Assembly: GCA_029717555.1 (NCBI GenBank)
Contig: JAMDHS010000003.1
Span: 62,001-126,000 of the forward strand
Direction of reading: 5' to 3'
DNA length: 64,000 nt
Source: Peribolospora baueri
Lineage: Eukaryota
Position 1 is the stretch's first letter, and the number at the start of each line of letters is the position of its first letter. Shown in pieces: positions 31,356 to 44,510 of the stretch. The notes beneath the pieces were generated by a model. That model was not told the origin of the DNA. It made no database searches and saw only the letters and a program-made list of their open reading frames with translations. The translations under genes were made by a program, and so were the position numbers.

Positions 31356-31605
31356 GCAAAATGGGCCTTATGTCCTGACACGAATGCGAACGGGAACGAC
31401 CGGGGGACCTGGTATAGGAAGGAAGAGAGGTAGAGAAGGCAATAGAGGCGATAGCGGAGGGAGGGAGAAAGAGGATAGATAGGGCGCGACGGGGGAAGAA
31501 TGGACGCCATAATGACGAGGCCGCAAAGCCTCGACGGGGATGCCATGCGACGGAAATGGACGGGAAGATGGCCGGTTGGCGGGTGGGCGGACACGGTGAA
31601 TAGGC

Positions 31606-34387
31606 TCAAAGGGCTTGCGGGACGGGGGCGTGCGCGAGGACGTGGTTGACCTCCTCCTGCGAAAGCGGAACGAGCGGAGGAGACGACGCCCAAGTGAGAG
31701 ACCGAGGCGAGGAGCGGCGCAGAAAAAAGAACAACAAGTGCGAGTCGGAGGACGACTGGACTCACGTCCTGCGATTGAGCAATCTCCTTTCGGAGGGCCT
31801 CGACCTCGGCGCGCTGCGAGTCGCCCATGGTGTTTTCCTTGAGTCGGTTCATCCACCTACGATTACGGCAGAGTTGAGCATGGCGGTCGCAGTCACCGCA
31901 GTCAAATCGCCTCAGCTTCTCACCTGATGCCGTTGATCGCCTTGCCCCACGTCCTGCGAGCATTGAACGCCTTCTTGACGCCGGGCAGCAGGCTGTGACA
32001 CGAAGAAAAGAAGGACACGAGGAAGGGACGGGACGGGAAGCGCGAACGATGTCAGCCAAGCTCATCCTCAACCACGATCATCCGCGACGGAACGGCTTCC
32101 CCGGGCTTCCCGGGACGCCAGATCTCGGACGCACTCCTTGTTCACGCCATCGTTAGCGGCGGCTGCATCGGCGGCGAGCCAGGGGTGCGCGAGGGCCTGT
32201 TGGGCGGTCATGCGCGCCGGGGGATCGGCTGTCAGGCATTTGTTGATAAAGTCGCGGGCTGTGCGGCGGGGGCCATTCCGAGGGGTCGATGGAGATGGGC
32301 GGAGGGTGAGAGGCGGATACGTTCAGTCTAAGTTTGCTTCTCGGCTCAGAATACGCGGAGGAACGGGACTCGACAGCGCTGGCAGCTCACCAGATTGAGA
32401 GACGCCCTCCCAATACATCTCCGGCTCGAACGCATAGTCGGCGTTGATGATCGCCTGCATCTCCTCTATCGTCGAATCGCGGTCGAAGGGGGTGTAGCCT
32501 TCCGTGGGCACCACATCGTATCGGAGAATTTGAATCAAAGTCGCGAGCGAGAGAGGAAGACGGTATGATGCAAATACGCGAGTCAGTCTCCCGCCCCCAA
32601 CGGTGAATGTGTGAAGGTTGGAGCTTGAGACGACGGAGAAAAGAACGATCCATCGGACGCACCGCAGAGCAGGAAATAGGTGATCACGCCAATCGCCCAC
32701 ATATCCACAGGCTTTCCGTGACCTGTGAGGATGGACGGGAACACGACCGGGGAGGAATGGCACAAGGGTGATGAGACTACGTCTCTGTGAAAAGTGACGA
32801 CGACCGCGGACGCTGATGGCCCAACCGACTCGGTCCGCTCACCGGACTTTTTGAAAATCTCCGGCGCCATGTACCCGGGCGTGCCGCAGGTGGTGCTGAG
32901 CACGGTGAGCTTATCATCGTCGACGATGCGCGAGAGGCCGAAGTCGGCGATGAGCAGGTCCGAGTCCTCATCTTTGGTCTTGAAGAGCAGGTTTTCCGGT
33001 TTCAAATCTGCGATGCGTGGAGTGGACGCGAGGGAGAGGTGAGCCGACGGTCCGCGCTCGAAGACTGAGAGACCGAGAGGAGGGGAAATGCTGACCTCGG
33101 TGGACGATGCCCTGGCTATGCAAATAGGCCACCGCGTCCGTGACTTCCCTCACGATGTGCGCAGCGTCCCTGTCGACGGAGATGGGAGAAGCCAAACGAG
33201 GAGATCAGTACGTGCCAATGAATGCTAAGACGCTCCGGGGGCAGATGAACCTTAGGAACGACCTGGTCAGGCAGAAACTCCAGACCTCCACTGACTCGAG
33301 GGCGACCTCAAGTCTCAGGGGAAGTGGACTTTTCGCATCTTTGCAGACGACCCCAGGAGAAAAGGGCGGGCAACACCCTGCCCGACCCCGTTTCGGAAGA
33401 CGAGCAGAGCACAGAAGAGAATTCGGGAGCGTGCCGGAGAAGGACGGGACGATGCTCACCGCTCGTAGTAAGAGCCTCGGTCGCAGATCCGGTCGAAGAG
33501 CTCTCCACCGACGCAGAGGTCTGTGACAAGGTACACTGGAGACGGAGATGGAGATGAAAAAAAAATGAAAGAGTCAGGAGGGAAGGTCGTTCGTGTGACC
33601 AAGAAGGCGTATGCGATAAGCGGGGAGAAGAGACTGACGGTTGTTCATCGTCTCGAAGTAGTCCACCAGGGTCACCACGCCACGATGTCCCTATGGCGAG
33701 AGGGATGGAGAAAGCAGAAAGTCGTGAGGAAAGCCGTTCCAATGCGGGCCGCCCTCCGCGCCCTCGGGAGTCCCGCTCACCTGCGACACCTTCTTGAGCG
33801 CGGCGATCTCATTCCGGACCATGTGCTCGCGGCCCTCCATGAGGCGCTTGCTGATGACTTTGCAGGCATAGTACTGACCCTATCGACGCGGGAGCGCAAG
33901 CGCGTGGGCGATGTCAAGATGGGAGGGTGTGAAGATGAAGACGGGGCGTGGTGAGATGCGCGCGACCACTGCGATGACCGCCGTCGCTGCATGAACATGG
34001 CCTGGCGAGAGCCAACGGATCAAAAACTCACCGTCTTGATGTGAACAGCCTCTTTGACAGTCTGACGGAAGGCAACCAAGGCGACACGACACGACGGACA
34101 AGCGGGTAAGAAGACAAGCCCTACCGGACAAGCGACATGGGCGCCATGACCATCCCGACGGAGACGAAGGCCGCGTGCTCGATGGCGCAATGTCGTATCA
34201 GGAGGAACCAAAGCGAAGACTCACGGCGTACGTGCCCGATCCGAGGGTCCGGCCGGTTTTCTGCGGGTGCGGGGTAGATGGAGGACATCCGCCGCGGATA
34301 GAGTCAGGATGCCGCTGGGACAGCCGGAGAGGCCCTTGAGAGAGACTCACTCACATAAGCGCAAGGGATGGTATTAGGCTGAGCCAT
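31606..34387 (-). CDS. CMK1: Calcium/calmodulin-dependent protein kinase I, about 14 short exons
   Basis: Spliced product: MAQPNTIPCAY|KTGRTLGSGTYA|TVKEAVHIKT|GQYYACKVISK, GGELFDRI, IVHRDLKPENLLF, IADFGLS, TTCGTPGYMAPE, and a CaM-binding-type FNARRTWGKAINGIR; ends EEVNHVLAHAPVPQAL-stop. Confidence 0.93.
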
Positions 34388-36153
34388 TCTCCCCTCTTCT
34401 TTCCTTCTTTCTTCCTTTGTTTCTGGTTTTTCTCCCTTTCTCTCCTTCCAGATGGGTCGGCTGCGGGCACGCGGTTTGGCAGGCGACGAAAGAGGAGGTG
34501 GGGAGAGGGGGGATGGAAGGGTGACAGAGGGAGGACGAGGGAGGATGGGGGAGGAGAAAAGGCGATCGAGGACGGAGATATGCAGCGGAAGGAAAGGCGA
34601 GGCGGAGTTGTCTCCACGTGCACACGTGGGCGTCGTCGGCGGTGCGTCTTGTGTCCGGACGGCGGTCGCTCTTTTTTTCTATCGATACAGCAGCGAGGCA
34701 GTGCTGAGCACGATTGAGCACGGCCAGCCGCATACAGATGATGGCGTCCCGTGCAATGATGCGATTGCGATGGACGACGTCGCACGAAGCGGTCCCTCAG
34801 CTTCCTGTTCCCGTACAGTCAGCTAGCTGTGCAGCTCCAAGCAGGCGCCAGGCGCGCTGCGCTCGACACGGCCTGCGGCCTGCGAGCCGTCCAAGCAAAT
34901 CAAGCAAGTACGAATCATTCGACCGCCCAAGAAGGACGGATGGATGGACCGAGACAGTCGGCCGTCGGCCGTGTTCCTCGTTCCCCAACCATCATCCAAC
35001 AAACGCCCGCCCGGACGCTCCCGCCGCTCCGCCCGCCTCCGCATGGTCGCACGTGACTTGTCTTGCTCAGTGCCTGCCACCAGCGCGGTGCGGCGCGGCA
35101 GCGCGTCGTTCCTTCCGCACGTCGTCGCCGCCCATCGCACCGCTGGCCGATACGTTGGCCGGCCCCGTCCCCGGCCCTGCCACCGCTACCGGTGTTGCGG
35201 TCGCGGTCGCCGAGGAGGACAGATGGCTTTTGCTAGGAGAGGAAGAGCGCCCTCTCTCCTCAGTCTCCCTGCACTCCGGCACGCCTCCCGACTGCTCTAT
35301 GTGATGTCCTTGGACTGACCGTTATTCACGTCCCTCCCCCGGTCTTTGTGCCTCCCGACGGACGTTGATTCGCGTGTCTCTCTCCCTGTTTCTGCTCATC
35401 TTACCTCGTCTCTTCCGTCTCCGTCCAAGCTCACTAAGAACCTCAAGCGTGAAGGGTCCTGCCACCTGCTCAGAGAGCCTAGTCACGGAATCGACATCTC
35501 CTTGTAGGGTGCGCGCGTGCCTTCTGCCCGCATGTGGACTTGGGCTGGCTTCTTGCTGCCTATCTTTTGCGCTGGGACCGGGGGGGGAGGGGGGTGTGTG
35601 ATTTGGAACGCGCGCGCCTTTCGTCTCTGGCCTCCCTCCGGCCGCCCTTCGCTCACCGACTCAGCTTCACCACTGTCTTCTTTGGCCTTTGTCTCTGCCT
35701 CCTCAGGCTACGAAGAAGAATTCGAAAATGGGTGGTACCCAGGAGGACTCCCTTAGACGACCGCCCGTTTGTTTGAACCGGCAGCAAGCTTCATACGGGC
35801 GAGCTCAAGCCTGGTCTTCGACGATGCGGTGGACGTGGCCGGCCGATGCTGCCCCTTCGGTCATCTCCGTCACGGCGCCGTCCATATCATATCGACCCAG
35901 CACCCATCCCTGCATCTGTCGTACAGTCGATACCGCTCGACAGCGGCGTGCACGACGAGGATCGCACGACCGCCGGTCAGGCACCCGTTGCAATGAGACA
36001 CTGGCGTCGATCGGATGATGTCACCTCGTCCGAGCCGGAAACGCAGTGAGATGTTTGTTTCGCGGCGGGCGGGTGCAGCCGGCATTAGGGTTATCGGGCC
36101 ATAGGTAGGGATCGACGTCATTCGGCACAGTGACGATCGCCTCTCTCTTTTTT

Positions 36154-36188
36154 TCTCTCTCTCTCTCTCTATATATATACATATATAT
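36154..36188 (+). repeat. Compound (CT)n(AT)n microsatellite upstream of HSP70
   Basis: Read directly from the sequence. Confidence 0.9.
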
Positions 36189-36296
36189 CTTCTCTCGTCG
36201 ACATGTAGAGCGAGCCGGGGAAGAATCTACTATACAGCATGCACGAACATGAACGGGGATCGTGGACGTCGGAGAGGGAGTGACGAGCGAGGACGT

Positions 36297-36405
36297 AGAA
36301 CATCGTCGAACGAGCGAGAGCGCGCTCGTTCCGCCTCGAAGGGTGATCGACGTTGTAGGGTTACCGACGTGAGCAGGGCGAAACGACTGGAAGGTTCGAA
36401 GGAAA
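36297..36405. promoter_or_regulatory. Candidate heat-shock elements (nGAAn units) upstream of HSP70
   Basis: GAAggTTC at 36391-36398 and two GAA units 10 bp apart at 36298 and 36308. Both are imperfect; the position 170-270 bp upstream of an HSP70 start is what supports the call. Confidence 0.4.
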
Positions 36406-36566
36406 TGCGGCAATCGTCATAACTTAGTCTCTTCTTCCCCTTCAAAAAGCCCGCTTACCCATCCTCGCCTCCTCCTCGACGTCCACCACCGTAGTAGACT
36501 CCGTCCCGTCCCCTTTCTTCTTTCCTTCTCCTTCTTTCTCTCTTATACTATACCGTATTCCTCGTC

Positions 36567-37303
36567 ATGAGCTCTTCCAAGGCTGTCGGAATTGACCTGT
36601 AAGTCGCCAGCCCACCCGCCCACCTCTCTCTCTTCCCATCACACATCCTTCCCCCTGCCTCCTCTGTTTGGCCACACCGACTGACTCCTTCCGTTGCTTT
36701 TCCTGTCGCCACCCACAGCGGTACGACGTACTCTTGCGTCGGTGTCTGGCAGAACGACCGAGTGGAGAGTGAGTAAACGAGACGAGGCGAGACGGAGCCC
36801 CCTTTCGTCCCGCTCAGGCAGGGTTTTCCAAACTGACTGACCGACCGACCCCCCGTCCCGTTCTCGTGTTCTGCAGTCATCGCCAACGACCAGGGTAACC
36901 GTACGACGCCATCCTATGTCGCTTTCACCGACTCGGAGCGTCTGATCGGTGATGCTGCCAAGAACCAGGTCGCGATGAACCGTGAGTGACGAGCAAATCG
37001 ACGTTTTTGTCCGTTTTCTTCCCGTTCCATCCGCGCCCAATGCTCATTCTCTCCCTTCCACTCTCTCAGCCCACAACACCGTTTTCGACGCCAAGCGTCT
37101 GATCGGTCGCAAGTTCCAGGACCAGGAGGTGCAGAGCGACATGAAGCACTGGCCCTTCAAGGTCATCGACAAGGACGGCAAGCCGCTCATCCAGGTCGAG
37201 TACCGCGGCGAGACCAAGACCTTCTCCGCTGAGGAGATCTCTTCTATGGTCCTTCTCAAGATGCGCGAGACTGCCGAGGCGTACCTCGGTACCAGTGTCA
37301 AGG

Positions 37304-37355
<52 letters not shown>

Positions 37356-37536
37356 TAAGGACGCCGGTGTGATCGCTGGGATGAACGTTCTCCGTATCAT
37401 CAACGAGCCCACCGCCGCCGCCATCGCCTACGGTCTCGACAAGAAGACCGAGGGCGAGCGCAACGTCCTCATCTTCGACCTTGGTGGTGGTACCTTCGAC
37501 GTCTCCCTTCTTACCATCGAGGAAGGCATCTTCGAG

Positions 37537-37587
<51 letters not shown>

Positions 37588-38915
37588 CGCCTCGTCAACC
37601 ACTTCATTCAGGAGTTCAAGCGCAAGAACAAGAAGGGTGAGTTCTGTCGTCGGACGATCGCGAATTTCGTTCCTCTTAAGGACGTGTGGACTGAACACGC
37701 TCCACTTCTCTCTCTTTCTCTCGTCTCGTCTCGTCTCGCCCCCCAGATCTCTCCTCCAACCCTCGTGCCGTTCGCCGTCTCCGCACCGCCTGCGAGCGTG
37801 CCAAGCGCACCCTCTCCTCCGCTGCGCAGACGTCTATCGAGATCGACTCGCTCTTCGAAGGCATCGACTTCTACACCTCCATCACCCGTGCCCGTTTCGA
37901 GGAACTCTGCGGTGACCTCTTCTCCCACACCGTCGAGCCTGTTGAGAAGGTCCTCCGGGACTCCAAGATCGACAAGGGCTCCGTCCACGAGATTGTCCTC
38001 GTCGGTGGCTCCACCCGTATCCCCAAGATCCAGAAGCTCATCCGCGACTACTTCAACGGAAAGGAGCCCAACAAGTCCATCAACCCCGACGAGGCTGTCG
38101 CTTACGGTGCTGCCGTGCAGGCCGCTATCCTCTCCGGTGACACCTCGGAGAAGACGCAGGACCTCCTCCTCCTCGACGTCGCTCCCCTTTCCACTGGTAT
38201 TGAGACGGCTGGTGGTGTTATGACCCCGCTGATCAAGAGGAACACCACTGTTCCCACCAAAAAGTCGGAGATCTTCTCCACTTACGCCGACAACCAGCCC
38301 GGTGTGTTGATCCAGGTGTACGAGGGCGAGCGTGCGCGCACCAAGGACAACAACCTCCTCGGCAAGTTCGAGTTGGGCGGCATCCCTCCCGCTCCTCGCG
38401 GTGTTCCTCAGATCGAGGTGACGTTCGACATCGACGCGAACGGTATCCTCAACGTCTCCGCCGCTGACAAGACGACCGGCAAGTCGAACAAGATCACTAT
38501 CACCAACGACAAGGGTCGCTTGTCCAAGGAGGAGATCGAGAGGATGGTCTCCGAAGCTGAGAAGTACAAGGCCGAGGACGAGGCGGCCGCTTCCCGAATC
38601 CAGGCCAAGAACGGCCTCGAGTCTTACGCTTACAACCTCAAGAACAGCATCACCGAGCTCGGTGACAAGCTGCCTGCAGACGACAAGAAGAAGCTCGAGG
38701 AGGCCGCTTCGGAGACGATCTCTTGGCTCGACTCGAACCAGGAGGCTTCCAAGGAGGAGTACGAGGACAAGCAGAAGGAGCTCGAGGGCATCGCCAACCC
38801 GATCATGATGAAGGCATACGGTGCTGGTGGCGCTCCCGGCGGCATGCCCGGTGGCGCTCCTGGTGCGGCTCCCGGTGCCGGCGGCGACGAGCCCACCGTC
38901 GAGGAGGTCGACTGA
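36567..38915 (+). CDS. HSP70: Cytosolic Hsp70, SSA subfamily, 5 exons
   Basis: [61 protein letters not shown] and a GGMPGG...VEEVD C-terminus; strong codon bias. Confidence 0.99.
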
Positions 38916-39392
38916 GTGGGTGCGCTCAATGAGCGTGTTGTAGTAGGACGAGAGGGGGGAGGCGGCGGCTTTTCGTGGTAGCAGCGGCGGAGGTTCGACG
39001 ACACGACGCGTTTTAGTAGTGTGATAGTCGTGGCGATATTCTGTTTTCGTGCGCAGTTTCTTCCCCCTCCCCCTTCACTTCTCTGGCGCTCGTCTGCGCA
39101 TGCTGTGTATAACACCTATTCCGAATTCCAGATCGGTTTCCGGCTCGAAGACGTTCGGGTCTGTCTCCTGCTTGTGAGCCGAGGCGAAGCGAGACAGGGG
39201 AGAGTCAAAAAAGCAGATTGTTCAGCGTATCTCCTGATCACTCCTGATTAAACCCTACGAGACAGTCGCAATATCATATGGTTGACTAAGGACAATAGTG
39301 CCTGGATGCTGTTCCTGGTCGTTCCTCCTTCGCATGACGGGCACACGGACTCCACAGGCACGGCAAAGTTTCTCCACCACCCACATGTCGAG

Positions 39393-39874
39393 ATGCTCAA
39401 CCTCTTCCGTACCTTTGTCGCCCTCGCCTTGGCCATCACCGTCCTTGAGCCACGTGCGGCGGCCCTTGCCGTACCGGCATCGTATGTACAGACTGGCCGC
39501 CCCATTTCCGAGAGAGAAGAGGGTACCGAGAAGGGCTCGGCGGCACGGCAGTCTGTCACAGTGTGAGTCGGAGCTTGGTGCTGCCACAAGGGCTCGATGA
39601 ACGGTCTTTGTCTCGTCGTTCATCCATCCATCCTCTCCTGCTCTCCAAAACTGGCTCCACGCGACGTGCTCCGCTCATTTTATGCACCTTCTTCCATTCC
39701 GTTTCCCCGTGTCGGCCCCAAAGGAGCGCCACTGGCTGTACGAGCCGTTATGAGATCCTCGCTGGCCGACCCGCGATCGTGACTGTCTGTCCTCCAGGCG
39801 TGCCTCTGCCTGAACCCGACGAGGTCAAATGGCCTAACATCCCATGGCGTAGGGCAGACCCTACCGCTAGCTAG
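39393..39874 (+). CDS. Small secreted orphan protein, 106 aa, 2 Cys, 2 exons (39393-39562, 39724-39874)
   Basis: Signal-peptide-like MLNLFRTFVALALAITVLEPRAAA. A GTGAGT donor at 39563 and a pyrimidine tract plus AAG acceptor at 39723 join two ORFs in frame. No recognisable family. Confidence 0.55.
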
Positions 39875-40209
39875 TTCGTGCTTGTACTTAGCTTGTACGT
39901 GTAGTGGAGGTCGTCGAAGTACGAAGCGTCAGAGGTCTTTATGACCGTTAAATCGCTGGTCTCCGCCTGCGACATGAGAGGACCTTCCGAACGTCTACCA
40001 CACTGTGGGCAATTGAAAGAAGAACCTCGGATCGAGTCGTCAAGACTTGTCAGCCAGCGAACCCCGATAGCGAACCGGGACGGAGGACGGAGACGCAGGA
40101 CTGGCTAAAATTACATGGTGCAAGGCATGCCTATATCGTACAATGCGAAACGAGAGCGGAGAAGTGAAGGACGCCCCCCTCCAAACGCCAAGTCTCGACT
40201 GGGGGGTGT

Positions 40210-41290
40210 TCAGGAAGAGTCTTGCGCGAGACCGCTCTGGACCGCCTTTGCGTTCTTCGGATGATGAAAGAGCACGAATGACGCGGTCCCAGAGAAGAAC
40301 AAAAGAGGTCTTGTCAGTCGTGCGCTATAGAGCGATGCTCTCGTCCAAGGAGGCACAAGTCACTCACCTGGACCAGCTGATCCAACTGTCGGTCGAGCTC
40401 CTCCAGCTGCGCCTTCTTCTCCCTGTTCTCCTTAGTCAACGCTGCCTTTTCGGTAAGCAGGTCCTTTTTCACCCGTTCGAGCCTTATATAGGCAAAAAAG
40501 GACGAGAGAAGTGGCGTGTGAGAAAAAAGAATCTGACGGCCTTAGCTTAATGTATATCACTTGGAATCCATCAACCCAGATCTAGGCTCGAGCGCGGCCG
40601 ACTCACCTCTGTCGCTCGTCGAGCTCAAACTGGAGACGGTTGAGCATGAGCTGGTGAGGATCGCTCATGGCCTCCTCCTTGCGCAAGTCCTCCGGAGCGA
40701 GGCGGAGGAAGTCCTCCAGGGAGTGAATGTCCACGTCCTGGTATATTGAGCTGTGGGCGCGGGGCCATGAAAGGGTGTTGGCGTCAGCGTTCCATGGTCC
40801 CGAAAAGCGCGACCGAGCCAGTCAGAAGACACACTGCCAGACGACTCTGTGGACAGGAGACCCACCGGAACTCCTTGCATCGCTTGATCTCTCCCTCGAG
40901 ATATTCCCTTTCGTACACCAAATTCTGCAGGCCGAGGTGCATCTTGTCCATCCGCGCCCTCGCCCCGACAACGTTGGCCTTGGCGTGCTTAGAGGCGTTG
41001 TACGTCTGTCGGTTGAGGGCCTTGAGCTGGGCGAAGAGGGGAGAGGAAGCGGAGACGAGGGCGGCCATATCAGGCTCGCCCGCTCCGGACAATTGGGCCT
41101 TCAAAAGAGCGGAGGAGAGATCGCGGAGGTCGGATAGGAGCTGGTGCGTGTGCTGAGCGAGCCGAAAAAGAAAGGAGTCGAGACGTGAGCCACGTTCAGG
41201 TCCGGTGCATCGGTCTAGCAATAGCCACGACGCTCGCTCGCTTACCTCTGTGTTGAGCGGCGCACCTGGCACAGACTCGTCCAAAGTCAT
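40210..41290 (-). CDS. THOC5: THO complex subunit 5 / Fms-interacting protein N-terminal domain protein, short fungal form
   Basis: LFAQLKALNR, ARARMDKMHLGLQNLVYEREYLEGEIKRCKEF, SIYQDVDIHSLEDF and DPHQLMLNRLQFELDERQR, followed by a coiled coil; about 5 exons. Confidence 0.88.
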
Positions 41291-41645
41291 GACTGAGATG
41301 GGATGCTGAGGGCAGACGGTGAGCATACACAAGCCGCCTCTTGTCTTCCTCGACGCAAGCGTTCCCATCCGCTCCATCTCCGTGACATGCCGGCCGGAAG
41401 CGGGCCTAGGCGGCGCTGGGCCACGCGATCGCGTCTGCGGCACATCTCCGTCCCCAGCGGGCGGGTGACCCCTGGCGACGGAGCGTGGTCAGCGGCAAGT
41501 CAGTCAGTGCGGCGGTCAGTCGCCTGCGTCGTCACCACCAACTCGGCCACCTCCCAGCACGTTCACAAGCCTTTCCTCGACCACATCCGATCTCCAGCAA
41601 CACTCTCACCTTCCACCTCCTCTCTCATACTCCTTTTACCTCGAA

Positions 41646-42533
41646 ATGCGCTCCAAGTTCAAGGACGAACACCCGTTCGGTAAGTGGCGCCCCGCGGCCA
41701 TTATCTGCCTCTCTTGTCTCCGCACGACGTTTGCGTTCTTCGCAAATCAGTCGACATCCGTTCGCTGACTTTGTCTCTCCCCGCTTTTTTTGTCTTGTCC
41801 GCTACTCCGTTTGATCTCCTCCTTCACTCGTTTACCTCCCATCTCCACCCAACCAGAGAAGCGCAAGGCCGAGGCGGAGCGCATCCGGCAAAAGTATCCG
41901 GACCGCATCCCGGTGAGCGTCTTCACCTCGCTCTCGTCTCGCTAGGCATGTGATACGGCCTAGCGCGAGAGAACCTGCTCCGCTCGTTTTTCCCTCGCTT
42001 CATGCGACGACGTTTTCAACATATTTATCTTCTGACAACGGATTTCATGTCCCGCAATCCCTTTTCCTTCAGGTCATCTGCGAGAAGGCGGACCGAACTG
42101 ACATCCCTACCATCGACAAGAAGAAGTATTTGGTGCCAGCTGTGCGTAATGTGTGCCTCTCATCCTCCCGTTTCACTCTTCACCGCTCACACGTCTTCTC
42201 GCATTTGCGACCGCAACGAACAGGATCTTACCGTGGGACAGTTCGTCTACGTGATCCGCAAACGCATCAAGTTAGCTCCAGAAAAAGCCATTTTTATCTT
42301 TGTCGACGAGGTCCTCCCTCCGACAGCCGCTTTGATGAGCGCAATCTACGAGGAACACAAGGACGAGGACGGGTTCCTTTACGTGTCGTGAGTGCATCCG
42401 TTCCGTGACGTGGAAGCAAGGCCGTTGTTCAGAACTCGAAGCTCGCTCGCTCACGCGGTCGTCTCCTCGTTCTGTCCGCTCTTGCGTTCCGCTGGTAAGA
42501 TACTCCGGCGAGAACACCTTTGGTTGTTCATGA
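41646..42533 (+). CDS. ATG8: Autophagy ubiquitin-like protein Atg8, 5 exons
   Basis: [70 protein letters not shown]...[16 protein letters not shown]. Confidence 0.99.
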
Positions 42534-43496
42534 AGAGCCAACGGTGCCCGTCGAGATGAGGCGATGGTCGTAAGTCGTCGCGGCATGGGTTCTTGCCGTC
42601 GTCGCTGCCGTCGCCCTCGCGACTCTTTAGGCCTTTTGATAATACTTTCTTTCTCTCCTCGCTCCGTTCGTTGTCGTCTTGATTTCACACGTAGTCTTTC
42701 ACCCTGCCTGCTCTAACGCCCCCCACTCTATGCAGGCCGTGCAGACCCGAGCCAGAGCCCAAACGTAGGCTCTATCCGTTTTCGTCTCGTCAATTTTTTT
42801 TTCCCTTTTTGTCCGGTTTCGATCCCACGTCCATCCTCTGTAACTTTACCACACTCTCGTTTTGTCAACCTCTCCTTTCCCACTCGCGTCTTATTCCCCC
42901 CCAGCCCCGGGTCTCGCGCGCGTCGCTGGTCGACTCGGTCACAAGCGGACGGACCGGTCTGACCTATCGACCACGGACCGAATCCAGATTCGTGTGTGGT
43001 CGAGGAGACATGCCTCGCCTCGGGCCCGATCGATCGCTGAAAGCTGTTTTTTTCGCAGTAATCGAACGAACGAAACACGTTGATGTGTAGCTGGGTGGAG
43101 GGCAAGCGCGTGTGGCACGGTGACGCCGGAAGAAGAGCAAAGGTCGAAATGAAAGCTTGCGGGGGCACACGTGCGTCCGTCCGGCGTGCCCTCAAGACCG
43201 CGCGTGGGTTCACTGCATGACAGCGACGTCCGCGGGATGGACGGATGGCGACGTCGGGCCGAGGACGAGTTGTCTAGTCCAGTACGGTCTTGCTTGCTCC
43301 ATACGACGCATCGCATCGCTCGCCCGTACACACACACACACAAGCACCCACCCACAGACCCGTCTCGTTCCCATCCTATGGTTTCCACCGGCGATCAAGG
43401 GCTCTCTGCTCTGCGACGGGTTACGAAGCGACATATAATTATACATATCGATGTCATACAAGGAAAGAGGAAAGAGGCGATTTTTCATTTTCTTCA

Positions 43497-44479
43497 TCAC
43501 GCGGCCAGGGCCCAAACGACGACGAGGGCTGGCAGCGTGAGGAGGAGGGACGAAGTGGGACCGACGGCGGCGGCGGCGGCGTTGTTGACGTCTATCAGGC
43601 TGAGGGAGTTGCCGATGCTCGCGTTGAGGCAGTTGAAGTAGATCATGTTGACCGTCGATGGGAGGGGCGCAAGGTGTCGTTGGCGGAGGGCGCGGCAGCG
43701 GCGGCGGCGGCGGCGGACGAGTTGGTCTCGAGGTCGGGAAAAGTGCTGTTGTATCCTTGTAGAAGGAGGGCAAAGGAACTTGCGCGATAGTATTGGACGA
43801 CCTGTTGAGAGGGTCAGGGCCGGCAGAGCCGCTGAAATCGGCACCCTTGGTATGCGCGACGATGGAGCAATTGGCGCGCTCTAACGCGATCACGAGGTCG
43901 TTTACACTGTTGCTGTCGCCATACAGCGCAAACGTGTTGCCCGGCGGTCCCTGGGTGCCATTCGTCGGTGGAGACGGGTAGGCCCAGCTGGGCAGAAGGG
44001 TGTATGTGGTGAGCGCGCCGCCCGGCCGCGAGTTGTTGTCTGCGGGGCCGTAAATGTGGGACTCGTAGAACTACCGTGGCGGCACGGGAGATGGGCATAA
44101 ATGGGTGAGCTGGTGAGAAAGAGAAGCGAGCACACGAGCACCGTCCGTCTGCACTCACAAAAGGATGGCCCGGGAAGTAAAGAGGCCAAAAGACGAAAGG
44201 TGGGCCGCCGCCGCCGACGCCGGCGCCAGAGTATCCAGAGCCGTAAGAGCGCGATCCATAAATCTGAGCTCGAGTAGCACCGCCGGCAGAACGGCCTTTG
44301 AAAGGCCCGTTGGAGACGGTGTAGGGCTTTCCGCCGTTGGACATTGACGAGCCGCGCGTGGTTGAGCCGCCGGAGACGGAGTATGGCGGAGGACTTGGGG
44401 GCAAGCAAAGGGACGGGGGTGAGGTTAGGAACGAGCGACGAGGAGTAGGAGCGGAAACTCACGGAGCGCCTTTGCTGTA

Positions 44480-44510
<31 letters not shown>

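Noticed and set aside
36548..39115. Long antisense ORFs opposite HSP70 (for example 37066..37698)
   Set aside because: A well-known by-product of Hsp70 codon bias. The ORFs track the sense exons and have no independent start or splice logic.
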